Below, in pieces: positions 37,852-46,843 of a stretch of DNA of 64,000 nt. The DNA comes from an uncultured Sphingorhabdus sp. (GTDB lineage Bacteria > Pseudomonadota > Alphaproteobacteria > Sphingomonadales > Sphingomonadaceae), in contig CAZNEO010000004.1 of assembly GCA_964572205.1 (NCBI GenBank), positions 3,185 to 67,184 on the forward strand. Direction: 5' to 3'. The first letter of the stretch is position 1, and each line of letters begins with the position of its first letter. The notes under the pieces are model-generated. The model was given only the letters and a program-made list of their open reading frames with translations. It did not search any database and was not told the origin of the DNA. A program made the translations under genes and the position numbers.

Positions 37852-39488
37852 TTATCGACCGCCGCCTGCTGCTGAAAACCGCGACCTTCGGGCTTGGCGC
37901 GCTGGCGTTGCCCGGCGGAGCGCTTGCCGCGATGCAGGCTTCGTTGGGCAGCGGTTTCACCCATAATGTTGCCAGCGGAGAGCCGGGGCCGACATCCGTG
38001 CTTCTTTGGACCCGTTATGTCGCAGATGCCCCGGAAACCAAGCTTGAGGTGGAAATCTGGGACGGGTCCGACATGGCGCGCAAGGCGTCTGGCGGGCAAG
38101 TCATGGCCTTGCGCCAGCGGGACCATATCGCAAAGATCGTCGTCACTGGCCTGAAACCCGGCACTATCTACAATTATCGCTTCGTTGCGCCAGATGGTTC
38201 GACATCGCCGGTTGGGCGGACAAAGACGCTGCCCGTTGGCGATGTAAAGCGGTTCCGCATGGCGGTGTTTTCCTGTTCTAACCTGCCCTTTGGTTGGTTC
38301 AACGCCTATGCCCATGCAACCAATGCTCAGGCGCTGGACGATTTCGACCTTGTGCTGCATCTGGGCGATTATCTTTACGAATATCATCGCGGCAATTATC
38401 CGTCGCTGGCCGATGCGGTTGCCGGGCGGCTGATTGAACCAGGGCATGAAATGGTCGCGCTGGCCGATTACCGGCTGCGCTATGCCAGTTACCGTGCCGA
38501 CCCCGATCTGCAAAAATTGCATCAGATGTTCCCTATGGTGTCGATGTGGGATGACCATGAATTCACCAATGATGCCTATGCCGACGGCGCGCAGAACCAT
38601 CAACCAAGCGAAGGCGACTGGGGCGACCGCAAGATTGCCGCCGAACGTGCCTATCGGGAATGGATGCCCGTGCGCGACCGGAGCGATGATGTCTGGTGGA
38701 CCAGCTATGCAATCGGCAATCTCGCCGAAATCCAGCTGACCGAAAGCCGCGTTGCCGCCCGGTCGAAACAGGCCAGTTTCGGCCAGCCCACTGGCGATGA
38801 AGCGGAAGTCCTGCGCCAGTTGAAAGAATTTGCAGCTAGCCAGCTGAACGATCCGGCGCGCACCATGCTGGGCGCACGCCAGGAGCAATGGCTGGAGGGC
38901 CGCTTCCGCGCCAGCAAAGCGCGCTGGAATATCTGGGCGCAGCAGACCATTGTCGGCTCGCTGGTCCAGCCGCCCGGCATGGAAAACTGGCTGCCAGCCG
39001 ATGCCCCGGCCTTTGTCCGGGAACGGGTGATGCGCGGCGCGGTCGCGGCAACGGCTGGCATCCCCAGCAATATGGACGCATGGGACGGCTACCCTGTCGC
39101 GAGGGCCAAGGCATTGACTGCAGCGCAAGACAGCAACGCCGACCTGATTGTCCTGACCGGAGACACGCATAATGGCTGGGCGTTCAACCTGACGCATGAA
39201 GGCAAGCCAGCGGGGGTCGAATTTGCCGGCCAGAGCGTATCTTCACCCGGACTGGAAAATAGTTTCAAAGGTGCAACTGGCCCAACAATTTCCAATGCGC
39301 TGAAAGCGGCCAATCCCGGCCTTGTCTGGGCCGACAGCGCCAATCGCGGCTATATGGCCGTGGAGCTGACTCCGGAAAAGGCAAGCAGCGAATGGCGCTT
39401 TAGCGAAAGCGTCAAGACACGCTCTCCCTTGCTTTCAGGTTCCACCTATTTTGAGGTCAAGCACGGAAAACGCAGCCTGTCACGCTAG
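37848..39488 (+). CDS. phoD: Alkaline phosphatase D family, Tat-exported
   Basis: DRRLLLK, VASGEP, HLGDYLYE, WDDHE, DAWDGY, TGDTH. Confidence 0.92.
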   Translation: MIIDRRLLLKTATFGLGALALPGGALAAMQASLGSGFTHNVASGEPGPTSVLLWTRYVADAPETKLEVEIWDGSDMARKASGGQVMALRQRDHIAKIVVTGLKPGTIYNYRFVAPDGSTSPVGRTKTLPVGDVKRFRMAVFSCSNLPFGWFNAYAHATNAQALDDFDLVLHLGDYLYEYHRGNYPSLADAVAGRLIEPGHEMVALADYRLRYASYRADPDLQKLHQMFPMVSMWDDHEFTNDAYADGAQNHQPSEGDWGDRKIAAERAYREWMPVRDRSDDVWWTSYAIGNLAEIQLTESRVAARSKQASFGQPTGDEAEVLRQLKEFAASQLNDPARTMLGARQEQWLEGRFRASKARWNIWAQQTIVGSLVQPPGMENWLPADAPAFVRERVMRGAVAATAGIPSNMDAWDGYPVARAKALTAAQDSNADLIVLTGDTHNGWAFNLTHEGKPAGVEFAGQSVSSPGLENSFKGATGPTISNALKAANPGLVWADSANRGYMAVELTPEKASSEWRFSESVKTRSPLLSGSTYFEVKHGKRSLSR

Positions 39489-39729
39489 AGATTCCGCCGC
39501 CTACGAACCCGCATTTCCCAACTAGGCCGCCCACCGAAAACCCGCAGAAAACTGCGCAAGTTGATAGTGAAATTACACATTTCATGAGGGCAAATCGGCC
39601 CTTTGGCGCTGTGCGGATTTCCCGCAGGACGCACAATGCCTTAGGATCGGGAAAAACCCATCCGTCATGAAATGATGCAAAAGCCAACGATGAGAAAGAG
39701 CCCGCGCGCGCATCGCCGCACCGCGAACG

Positions 39730-39760
39730 GAACATTAGCAGAACTTCGGCGCATTGTCAA
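39730..39760 (-). promoter_or_regulatory. Sigma70 promoter overlapped by a perfect LexA box
   Basis: Minus strand TTGACA (39760-39755), 17 nt, TAATGT (39737-39732); GTTC-TGCTAAT-GTTC at 39744-39730. Confidence 0.75.
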
Positions 39761-39784
39761 AATGCCGCAGTGAAAATACCGACG

Positions 39785-39898
39785 CTATTTTTGCGCCATG
39801 TGGCTTTCACTGTGCCTCATATTGGAAGCATTCACCAGTTGAAGCGCCACCATGATGGCGCCGAGCAGCAATATCGCAACCACGAATCTTTGAATCAC
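39785..39898 (-). CDS. Small single-TM protein (37 aa)
   Basis: GTG start after GGGGGAG; MIQRFVVAILLLGAIMVALQLVNASNMRHSESHMAQK. Confidence 0.5.
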   Translation of the reverse strand: MIQRFVVAILLLGAIMVALQLVNASNMRHSESHMAQK

Positions 39899-39975
39899 TT
39901 TTTTCTCCCCACCCTGATCGATAAGCGCTTTGCACCATTTGACAAGCCACAAGCGCGGCTGCCACCAAGGGGGGC

Positions 39976-40581
39976 ATGGCAAGCCTTTATCGCCTCGACC
40001 GTTCATCCGCGCAGGTCGCCCTCGCCTTTTCGGCGGACGTCGGGCCAGACCCTTGGGCAGGCGGCGCGCTGGTTCCGGGCAGTTTTGCACCGGTCATCAT
40101 GCGCGCAGGCAAAACGGGCCAGCGGGTGATCCGTCCCATGCACTGGGGCTATCCGCCACCCGGCCAGTCAAGCGAAGCCTATGGGACAGCGCCGCCGCGA
40201 TGGGCGGCACAGGTACGGAACATTGAAAGCCCTTTCTGGATCGGGAATTTGCGCCATGTCGGTCTGCGTTGCCTGATCCCTGCAACCGGCTTTGCCATTC
40301 ATCGCGGAGGGATGGAACATTGGTATGGCGTCAAGGACCGGCCGATTTTTGCCATGGCAGCGATCTGGCGCGACCTGACGGACATGCCGGTTTTTGCAGT
40401 TCTGACCACCGAACCGAGCAGCGCGCTGCTCCCGGTGGAAGGGGGACGGAGGCCATCGGCCATGCCTGTGCTGCTGGCCCCGCAGGATGAGGAACGCTGG
40501 TTAAATGCCGACTGGAAGGAGGCGCAGGCGCTTGTTGCGCCTTATCCAGGCCACCTCCTTCATGCCTTTGAGGACGAATAG
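39976..40581 (+). CDS. SRAP/HMCES (YedK-like) family protein lacking catalytic residues
   Basis: APVI..., MHWG.PP, RCLIPATGF, F.MAAIW, FAVLTTEP, MPVLL. Confidence 0.8.
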   Translation: MASLYRLDRSSAQVALAFSADVGPDPWAGGALVPGSFAPVIMRAGKTGQRVIRPMHWGYPPPGQSSEAYGTAPPRWAAQVRNIESPFWIGNLRHVGLRCLIPATGFAIHRGGMEHWYGVKDRPIFAMAAIWRDLTDMPVFAVLTTEPSSALLPVEGGRRPSAMPVLLAPQDEERWLNADWKEAQALVAPYPGHLLHAFEDE

Positions 40582-40584
40582 CCG

Positions 40585-41346
40585 ATGTGTGTCGTTGCCT
40601 TTGCCCATCAGTGCCATCCCCGCTATCGCCTGATCCTTGCGGCCAACCGGGACGAATTCCATGCCCGCGCGTCCGCGCCATTAAGCCGCTGGCAGCAGGC
40701 CGACGACCATATCCTTGCCGGACGCGATCTTGTCTCGGGCGGCACATGGCTGGGCGTATCGCAACGGGGGCGCGTAGGTGTTGTGACCAATGTGCGCTCT
40801 GAAACAGCGCCGGACCCCGCCAAAATGTCGCGCGGTGACCTTGTTGCTGATTATCTGCGCGGGCTGGACACGCCTGCGCCGGACAAGCTTGACGGCTATA
40901 ACGGCTTCAGTCTGCTGACGGTGGGGCCAGAGGGGGCAAGACTTGCCACCAATCGCCCTGCCCCTGCCTCCACCTTGCTCAACCCTGGGCTGCATGGTTT
41001 GTCCAATGGCATAATCGGCGAGCCATGGCCGCGGCGTGAGCGATTGCTGACATTGTTTGGCCGCTGCCTGCAAGAGAGCGACACTATGCAGGATGCGCTA
41101 TTCGCACTTCTTGCAGACGAAAGCATTGATGACAGTATTTTCATCCGCAATGCCATTTACGGGACGCGGTGCAGCACGATCATCTTGATTGACCATGATG
41201 GCGCAGGCTCCATCATCGAACAGACATTTAGCCCAAATGGCGCGCACCAGAAAAAGTCGGAATTTTATTTCAAACAGGATGAACAGATCGGCAAGATTCC
41301 ATCAACACAGTTGGCAACATCGCAAAATCCGATTAGACTATCGCCC
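40585..41346 (+). CDS. NRDE/TANGO2 family domain; no stop codon, reads in-frame into the downstream S9 peptidase
   Basis: MC.. start, ANRDEF, GRDL.SGGTWLG, SRG.LV, GLSNG, YGTRCST. Confidence 0.85.
41311..41339 (+). promoter_or_regulatory. Candidate promoter for a leaderless S9 peptidase transcript
   Basis: TTGGCA, 17 nt, TAGACT, then 7 nt to ATG 41347. Confidence 0.5.
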
Positions 41347-43353
41347 ATGAAAACCAAAGGAACGACGGGGCAGTTCAGGGCATTTGCAGCGCTTTTGGCG
41401 ATCGCAACCGCCAGCCTCTTTTCCAGCCCGGATATTCATGCCCAGACTGTGGCAGCAAGCGAAGAGCGGCCAATCCCGCCGTTGATCCCCTCAGAGATTT
41501 TTGTTGATCGCGGCTATTTCCGCAGCCCGATAATTTCGCCCGACGGGCAACGCATGGTATTTCGTGAACGCATTGGCAAAGAAACCTATGTGGGCATCAA
41601 GCCAGTCGATGGCGACGCCATTTCGCGCATCGCTATTCCCGACAAGCATACGCTGAACTGGTATCGATGGGCCAGCGACGAATGGCTGCTGATTTCGATC
41701 AATGGGATCGCCGAAGTTTTTGACATGCCAATGCCGATTTCGGGGCTGATCGCCTATAACCGGGTAACGCAAAAAAGCCACAAGCTGGGCCCACAGCGGC
41801 AGGGCATTGAAGGCGATGATATTCTTTATGTCGACCCGAACGGCGAATATCTGCTGATGGGGATGCAGCGGACAATTTTCGACTATCCCAGCGTCTATCG
41901 CATCCGGATAGCGGATAATGAGCTGACTGAAATCGTAAAGCCGCAGAATGAAGTATGGGAATGGCTGGCCGACGATCAGGGCGTGGTGCGCATCGGCCTT
42001 GCCCATGATCGCCGGGCAACCCGCATCTATTATAGGCGCAGCAATGACGCCGAATTCCGCCTGATCAGCAAGATTAAGGACAATGCCGATGACGAGAGCA
42101 AGGAGGAAAGCCTGCTTGACATCAGCCGCATCGTATCGGGCAAGGACGAAGGCTATGTCCTGTCCAACAAGGGCACGGGGCGCTTTGCGCTGTATAAATT
42201 CAACTATCTGACGCGCGAGATTGGCGAACTGGTTTTTGGCCATCCCGAAAATGATATCAGCAGCTTTTCGCTGAATGCCGACGGCACGGCGCTTGAATCC
42301 GTACGCTACACCGACTCGCGCGACCGGATTGTCTGGTTCGACCCCATATTGAAAAAGCGGCAGGCAACGCTTGATAGCGCGCTTCCGGGGCAAGAGGCGT
42401 GGATCCAGTCAAAAAGCCGCGATGGCAGCCGGTTTATCGTTTACACCACATCGCCAACGGATCCCGGCAGCTATGCCCTGTTTGAACCCAAGGCTGGGCG
42501 GTTGCACCGCTTTGCCGCCGTCAACGACCGGATCGACACCGACCTTTTGGCGACCACCGAATATGTCCGCTATACCGCGCGCGACGGGCTTGAAATACCA
42601 GCCTATCTGACATTGCCTGTGGGGCGTAAGGCGCAAGGGCTGCCGCTTATAATCCTGCCGCATGGCGGGCCTTATTGGGTGCGCGATACGCTGGATTACC
42701 ACACCGAGGTGCAGTTTCTCGCTAATCGCGGCTATGCCGTGTTACAGCCCAATTTCCGCGGTTCCGACAGCTATGGCGAGGAATTTTTCAAAAAGGGCGA
42801 AGGCCAGATCGGCAGGGCCATGCAGGATGACCTTGACGATGGCATGGACTGGCTGGTGAAGCAGGGGATTGTCGATCCTGCCCGGGTCTGCATCGTCGGC
42901 GCCTCTTATGGCGGCTATGCGGCGATGTGGGGGATCATCCGCAATCCCGAACGCTATCGTTGCGGCGCAAGCTTTGCTGGTGTCACCGATTTCAAATCGC
43001 AGCTGAAATTTGACAGCAAGTCCTTGAAAAGCCGTTATGCCCGCGAATGGCGATCAAAGGTGCAGGGGGAGAAAGATTTCGATCTCGATCTTGTTTCGCC
43101 AGCGCAAAATGCCGCGCGCCTCAACCGCCCGCTGCTGCTGACGCATGGCGATGAGGACAGCACGGTTCCCTATTCGCAATTCAAGAAAATGGTCGAGGCG
43201 CTGCGAAAAGCGAAAAAGCCCGTGGAAAGCCACAGCTATGAAGGCGAAGGCCATGGCTTTGAAGACAGCGCCAACGAAAAGGACTGGCTGGACCGGCTAG
43301 AGGCCTTCCTCGCAAAGCACAATCCGGCGGACGCACCGGTTGCGGGAAGGTGA
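41347..43353 (+). CDS. S9 (prolyl oligopeptidase family) peptidase, exported
   Basis: Signal peptide from ATG 41347; HGGP, GASYGG (Ser), HGDEDSTV (Asp), EGHG (His). Confidence 0.9.
   Translation: MKTKGTTGQFRAFAALLAIATASLFSSPDIHAQTVAASEERPIPPLIPSEIFVDRGYFRSPIISPDGQRMVFRERIGKETYVGIKPVDGDAISRIAIPDKHTLNWYRWASDEWLLISINGIAEVFDMPMPISGLIAYNRVTQKSHKLGPQRQGIEGDDILYVDPNGEYLLMGMQRTIFDYPSVYRIRIADNELTEIVKPQNEVWEWLADDQGVVRIGLAHDRRATRIYYRRSNDAEFRLISKIKDNADDESKEESLLDISRIVSGKDEGYVLSNKGTGRFALYKFNYLTREIGELVFGHPENDISSFSLNADGTALESVRYTDSRDRIVWFDPILKKRQATLDSALPGQEAWIQSKSRDGSRFIVYTTSPTDPGSYALFEPKAGRLHRFAAVNDRIDTDLLATTEYVRYTARDGLEIPAYLTLPVGRKAQGLPLIILPHGGPYWVRDTLDYHTEVQFLANRGYAVLQPNFRGSDSYGEEFFKKGEGQIGRAMQDDLDDGMDWLVKQGIVDPARVCIVGASYGGYAAMWGIIRNPERYRCGASFAGVTDFKSQLKFDSKSLKSRYAREWRSKVQGEKDFDLDLVSPAQNAARLNRPLLLTHGDEDSTVPYSQFKKMVEALRKAKKPVESHSYEGEGHGFEDSANEKDWLDRLEAFLAKHNPADAPVAGR
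43294..43353 (+). repeat. Direct repeat copy 1 (3' end of first S9 gene)
   Basis: 57/60 identical to 45354-45413, including 47 bp exact. Confidence 0.95.
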
Positions 43354-43412
43354 GCGGGGGTCTTTTTTGTATCGACGCGGCAAGAGCGGGAAAAGATTTT
43401 CAAGGAGTTGGG

Positions 43413-45413
43413 ATGGCAAAGTTCCCATCAAAAGGCCCTGCAATCCATACCGCAGCACTGGCCCTATGTGCGCTGCTGATTGCAAGCCCGGCAATAGCCG
43501 AGCCAGCAGCACAATTGCCTCCCCTATTGCCTGCAGAGATATTCGCCCGCGCACCCGATTTTGAACAAGCATCAATCTCGCCTGACGGGTCGCATATTGC
43601 CTACGCCGAACGGGCCGGGGACCAGCATTTCGTATCTGTCCTGCCCATCGCCGGACAAGACCGTAAAACAAAGACTGCGCTGCCAAAGGACCACCAGCTG
43701 AACTGGGTTCGCTGGGCGGGCAATGACAATCTGGTGATCAGCATGAAGGCGCCGCTGGATTTCTTTGGTCAGAAAAGCTGGACGTCGTTCTTGACCGGCC
43801 TGAACATCAAAACCGGCAAAGCAACAAAACTAAGCCGTGATGGTCAGGGACTCATCGGTGACGATGTTATATTCATTGATCCTGATGGGACCTATCTGTT
43901 GGTATCTGTCGCGCCCAAGGCCATTGGCGAACCCAAGATATTCCGTGTAGACATAACGACGAGCGACCAAACCGAAATAGAAAATAATCGTCCCTACATC
44001 CAAAAATGGATTGCCGATGGCCAAGGTAATGTAAGGCTGGGGCTAGGCTATGCCGACAAAAAGGATGTCACTTATTACCGTGCCGTCGGTGAGAAGCGGA
44101 TGCGCAGAATTAGCAATGCCTATGACGTCAACGGACCCGAAGGAAGCTTAGCGCTGCGATTTGATGGGGGGTTTGGCTTAGAAAATGACGGCGCTGCAAT
44201 CGCAACCCGCAACAATGGACATGCGACGCTCCACCATTTCAATTTTGAAACCTCAACGCTGGGGGAGATCATATTTGCCAATGCGGATTACGATGTGGAG
44301 TCGTTTTCGCGCGATCAATATGATGCCAGCCTTGTATCGGTGAGATATCATGACAGCAAATTGCGGACCGTCTGGCTGAAACCGGAACTTCAAAAGGTTC
44401 AGTCCGAATTGGAACAGGCATTAGCCGAACAATATGTCCTGATCACGTCCCGAAGCCGCGACAATAAGAGTATGATTGTGGAAAGCGGATCGCCCTCCGA
44501 TCCCGGCAGCATTTACCTGTACACGACAAAAGGATCGCGGCTTCATCGTATTGGCGGGGCAAATGACGCGATCGATCCCGAGATGATGGGCATCACGCAG
44601 CATATCCAGTATCCGGCACGCGATGGCACAATGATTCCGGCCTATCTGACCTTACCAAAGGGGCGTGAACCCAAAAACCTGCCCGCTATCATCCTTCCCC
44701 ACGACCAACCCTTAACGTCACGCGATAGCTGGAAGTTCAAAGGCATGGTGCAATTGCTCGCCAACAGGGGTTATGCCGTGCTGCAACCCAATTACCGTGG
44801 TTCATGGGGCTATGGGGATCGCTTTACCGAACTTGGTATCGGCCAAATTGGGAAAGCCATCCAGGACGATCTGGACGACGGCATGGATTGGCTTGTTGGC
44901 CAAAACATCGTTGACCGATCCCGAATATGCATCGTCGGCAACGAATATGGGGGATATGCCGCGATATGGGGCGTAACGCGAAATCCTGACCGCTATCGGT
45001 GCGCAGCTGCATTTGCCCCCGTCCTCAGCATCAACACAAGGCTCAAATATGAGCCGCAATGGCTGAACGGCAGGTTTTCGCGGGGAATGCGCGACTTTGT
45101 CCGAAAGCTCGATCAGGGAAAAGAGACAAGCTTTGACCCAGAATTTGACCGAGTGTCACCCACAAAAAGCGGCAAGCCGCTAACCCGACCCGTGCTGATT
45201 GCCTATCGGCGAGAAGACCTGAGGCAAAAGGAGCATTTTGACGAATATACCGCATCATTGGGAAAAGCTGCGTCGATGGTTGACGAACTCGCATTCACCG
45301 ATGACGACGCCTTGGGGCTGGCTTTTTTCCAAAACAATCGAACATGGTTTGAACGGCTGGAGGCCTTCCTCGCAAAGCACAATCCGGCGGACGCACCGGT
45401 TGCGGGGAAGTGA
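43413..45413 (+). CDS. S9-family pseudo-peptidase (catalytic triad lost)
   Basis: Collinear paralog with HDQP for HGGP, GNEYGG for GxSYGG and no GH motif; signal peptide present. Confidence 0.85.
   Translation: MAKFPSKGPAIHTAALALCALLIASPAIAEPAAQLPPLLPAEIFARAPDFEQASISPDGSHIAYAERAGDQHFVSVLPIAGQDRKTKTALPKDHQLNWVRWAGNDNLVISMKAPLDFFGQKSWTSFLTGLNIKTGKATKLSRDGQGLIGDDVIFIDPDGTYLLVSVAPKAIGEPKIFRVDITTSDQTEIENNRPYIQKWIADGQGNVRLGLGYADKKDVTYYRAVGEKRMRRISNAYDVNGPEGSLALRFDGGFGLENDGAAIATRNNGHATLHHFNFETSTLGEIIFANADYDVESFSRDQYDASLVSVRYHDSKLRTVWLKPELQKVQSELEQALAEQYVLITSRSRDNKSMIVESGSPSDPGSIYLYTTKGSRLHRIGGANDAIDPEMMGITQHIQYPARDGTMIPAYLTLPKGREPKNLPAIILPHDQPLTSRDSWKFKGMVQLLANRGYAVLQPNYRGSWGYGDRFTELGIGQIGKAIQDDLDDGMDWLVGQNIVDRSRICIVGNEYGGYAAIWGVTRNPDRYRCAAAFAPVLSINTRLKYEPQWLNGRFSRGMRDFVRKLDQGKETSFDPEFDRVSPTKSGKPLTRPVLIAYRREDLRQKEHFDEYTASLGKAASMVDELAFTDDDALGLAFFQNNRTWFERLEAFLAKHNPADAPVAGK
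45354..45413 (+). repeat. Direct repeat copy 2 (3' end of second S9 gene)
   Basis: Matches 43294-43353. Confidence 0.95.
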
Positions 45414-45443
45414 CCTGAGGTCGCTCCCGCATCTCAACACCCT

Positions 45444-46796
45444 TTATGTCGCCCGCACCTTTGCCCACGGCCCCTGGATCGCCAAAGTCATTGTGGGGGC
45501 ATAAAAATTGACGAACATGGTTGCGCCATCGGGCGAGAAACAGGCCCCGGCAAATTCGGTCTGCACGCGCGAGCGGGCGAAGGCATAGGCCTTTCCACCC
45601 GGCGTAATGCCGCGCAAATGATTGTCGGTGATGTCAGTATATTGGTCCTCGCACACCATTAAATGGCCGGTGGGCATCACGCATAAATTGTCGCCAAGGT
45701 TGAAATAGGCAAGGTCGGCGCTTTCATAGAAGAGCTCGATCTGGTCAGCCGCATCGCCCTTGCCTGGGGTGAAGCGGAAAACCTGGCCGCCTTTTACTGC
45801 GCCGCCGCTGGTGCAGGTGAAATAGAATTGCTCCTTGTCCCACCAGATGCCCTCACCGCGCGCAAACAGCGTGGCCCCTGCCTTAGCGCCGCGCTTGCGC
45901 AAGTCATCGTCGGGAGACTCAGGATTGTCCAGCGCCACCCAGCGGCAGCGCATCGGCGTTCCGCGAGCGATGCTTGCCCCGTTCCAGTTGCGGCTGTCAG
46001 CGATCCCATCGACAACCAGCGCCTCCAGCCTGCCGCCCTTCGCCAGCTCGCCCTTTGCATCGGGCAGGAAGCGGTAAAGCAGGCTGTCTTCGCGGTCCTC
46101 CGTCTGGTAGATGACGCCCGAACGCGGGTCGACGCAGGCGGCCTCATGGTTGAACCGGCCCATGGCCTTTAGCGGCACTGGCGTGATGAGCCCCTTGTGC
46201 GCCGACGGCACTTCAAACACATAGCCATGATCCTTGCCCACGCCGTCGCCTGCCTTGGTAACATTTTCCTCGCAGGTCAGCCAGCTGCCCCAAGGCGTGA
46301 CGCCGCCTGCACAGTTGCGGATTGTGCCCGCAAGGCTAAGCCACTCCGCTTCTTTCCGGCCAGTTTTTGGGTTGTAGATGATCGTCGACGTGCCGCCCGG
46401 AACGGGGTTGGCATCCTTATCCATCATACGATCATAGGTGGCGATATCTTTGGTCGACGCGCCGGATGAAAAAGCGCTGAAACGCAGGTCGCGCGGGGAA
46501 AGTTCATGGTTGCGCACCAGCGCAACCCTGCCCTTGCCATAGGGAAATGCACCCATGCCGTCGCCTGCATTGGGCACAACAAAGCCATCATCCATTAAAT
46601 TGCCGTAACGCGATATCACCCGGTAACTGAACCCTTTCGGCAAATCGATCAGTTCATTGGGATCGCGGAGCAGCGGCCCATAGCCATAAACTTCGCTTTT
46701 GGCAGCAGGCGGTATCTGGCCATAGGCATGGCGGGCAAGCCCGGCAAAGGCAATGGCGGTAAGGCCCATGCCAAAATTGCGGCGGTTCAACTGCAT
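45444..46796 (-). CDS. PhoX-like (DUF839) alkaline phosphatase, Tat-exported
   Basis: NRRNF, DGMG.F, RNHE, NCAGG.TPWGSWLTCEE, MGRFNHEA, CED, EFAGACFSPDG. Confidence 0.88.
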   Translation of the reverse strand: MQLNRRNFGMGLTAIAFAGLARHAYGQIPPAAKSEVYGYGPLLRDPNELIDLPKGFSYRVISRYGNLMDDGFVVPNAGDGMGAFPYGKGRVALVRNHELSPRDLRFSAFSSGASTKDIATYDRMMDKDANPVPGGTSTIIYNPKTGRKEAEWLSLAGTIRNCAGGVTPWGSWLTCEENVTKAGDGVGKDHGYVFEVPSAHKGLITPVPLKAMGRFNHEAACVDPRSGVIYQTEDREDSLLYRFLPDAKGELAKGGRLEALVVDGIADSRNWNGASIARGTPMRCRWVALDNPESPDDDLRKRGAKAGATLFARGEGIWWDKEQFYFTCTSGGAVKGGQVFRFTPGKGDAADQIELFYESADLAYFNLGDNLCVMPTGHLMVCEDQYTDITDNHLRGITPGGKAYAFARSRVQTEFAGACFSPDGATMFVNFYAPTMTLAIQGPWAKVRAT

Positions 46797-46843
46797 GTCG
46801 TGCTCCTGCTTTGTGAGTCGGTAGATGGCGTTGCACCGCAAAG

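Noticed and set aside
37737-39197. Long antisense ORFs (also 1563-2615, 5472-6509, 11254-12387, 41491-42393)
   Set aside because: Typical stop-poor shadows of high-GC genes with no recognisable motifs
39730-39976. LexA box as the regulator of the SRAP gene
   Set aside because: The box overlaps a promoter facing the opposite way and is about 230 bp away with a small ORF in between; not excluded but less parsimonious
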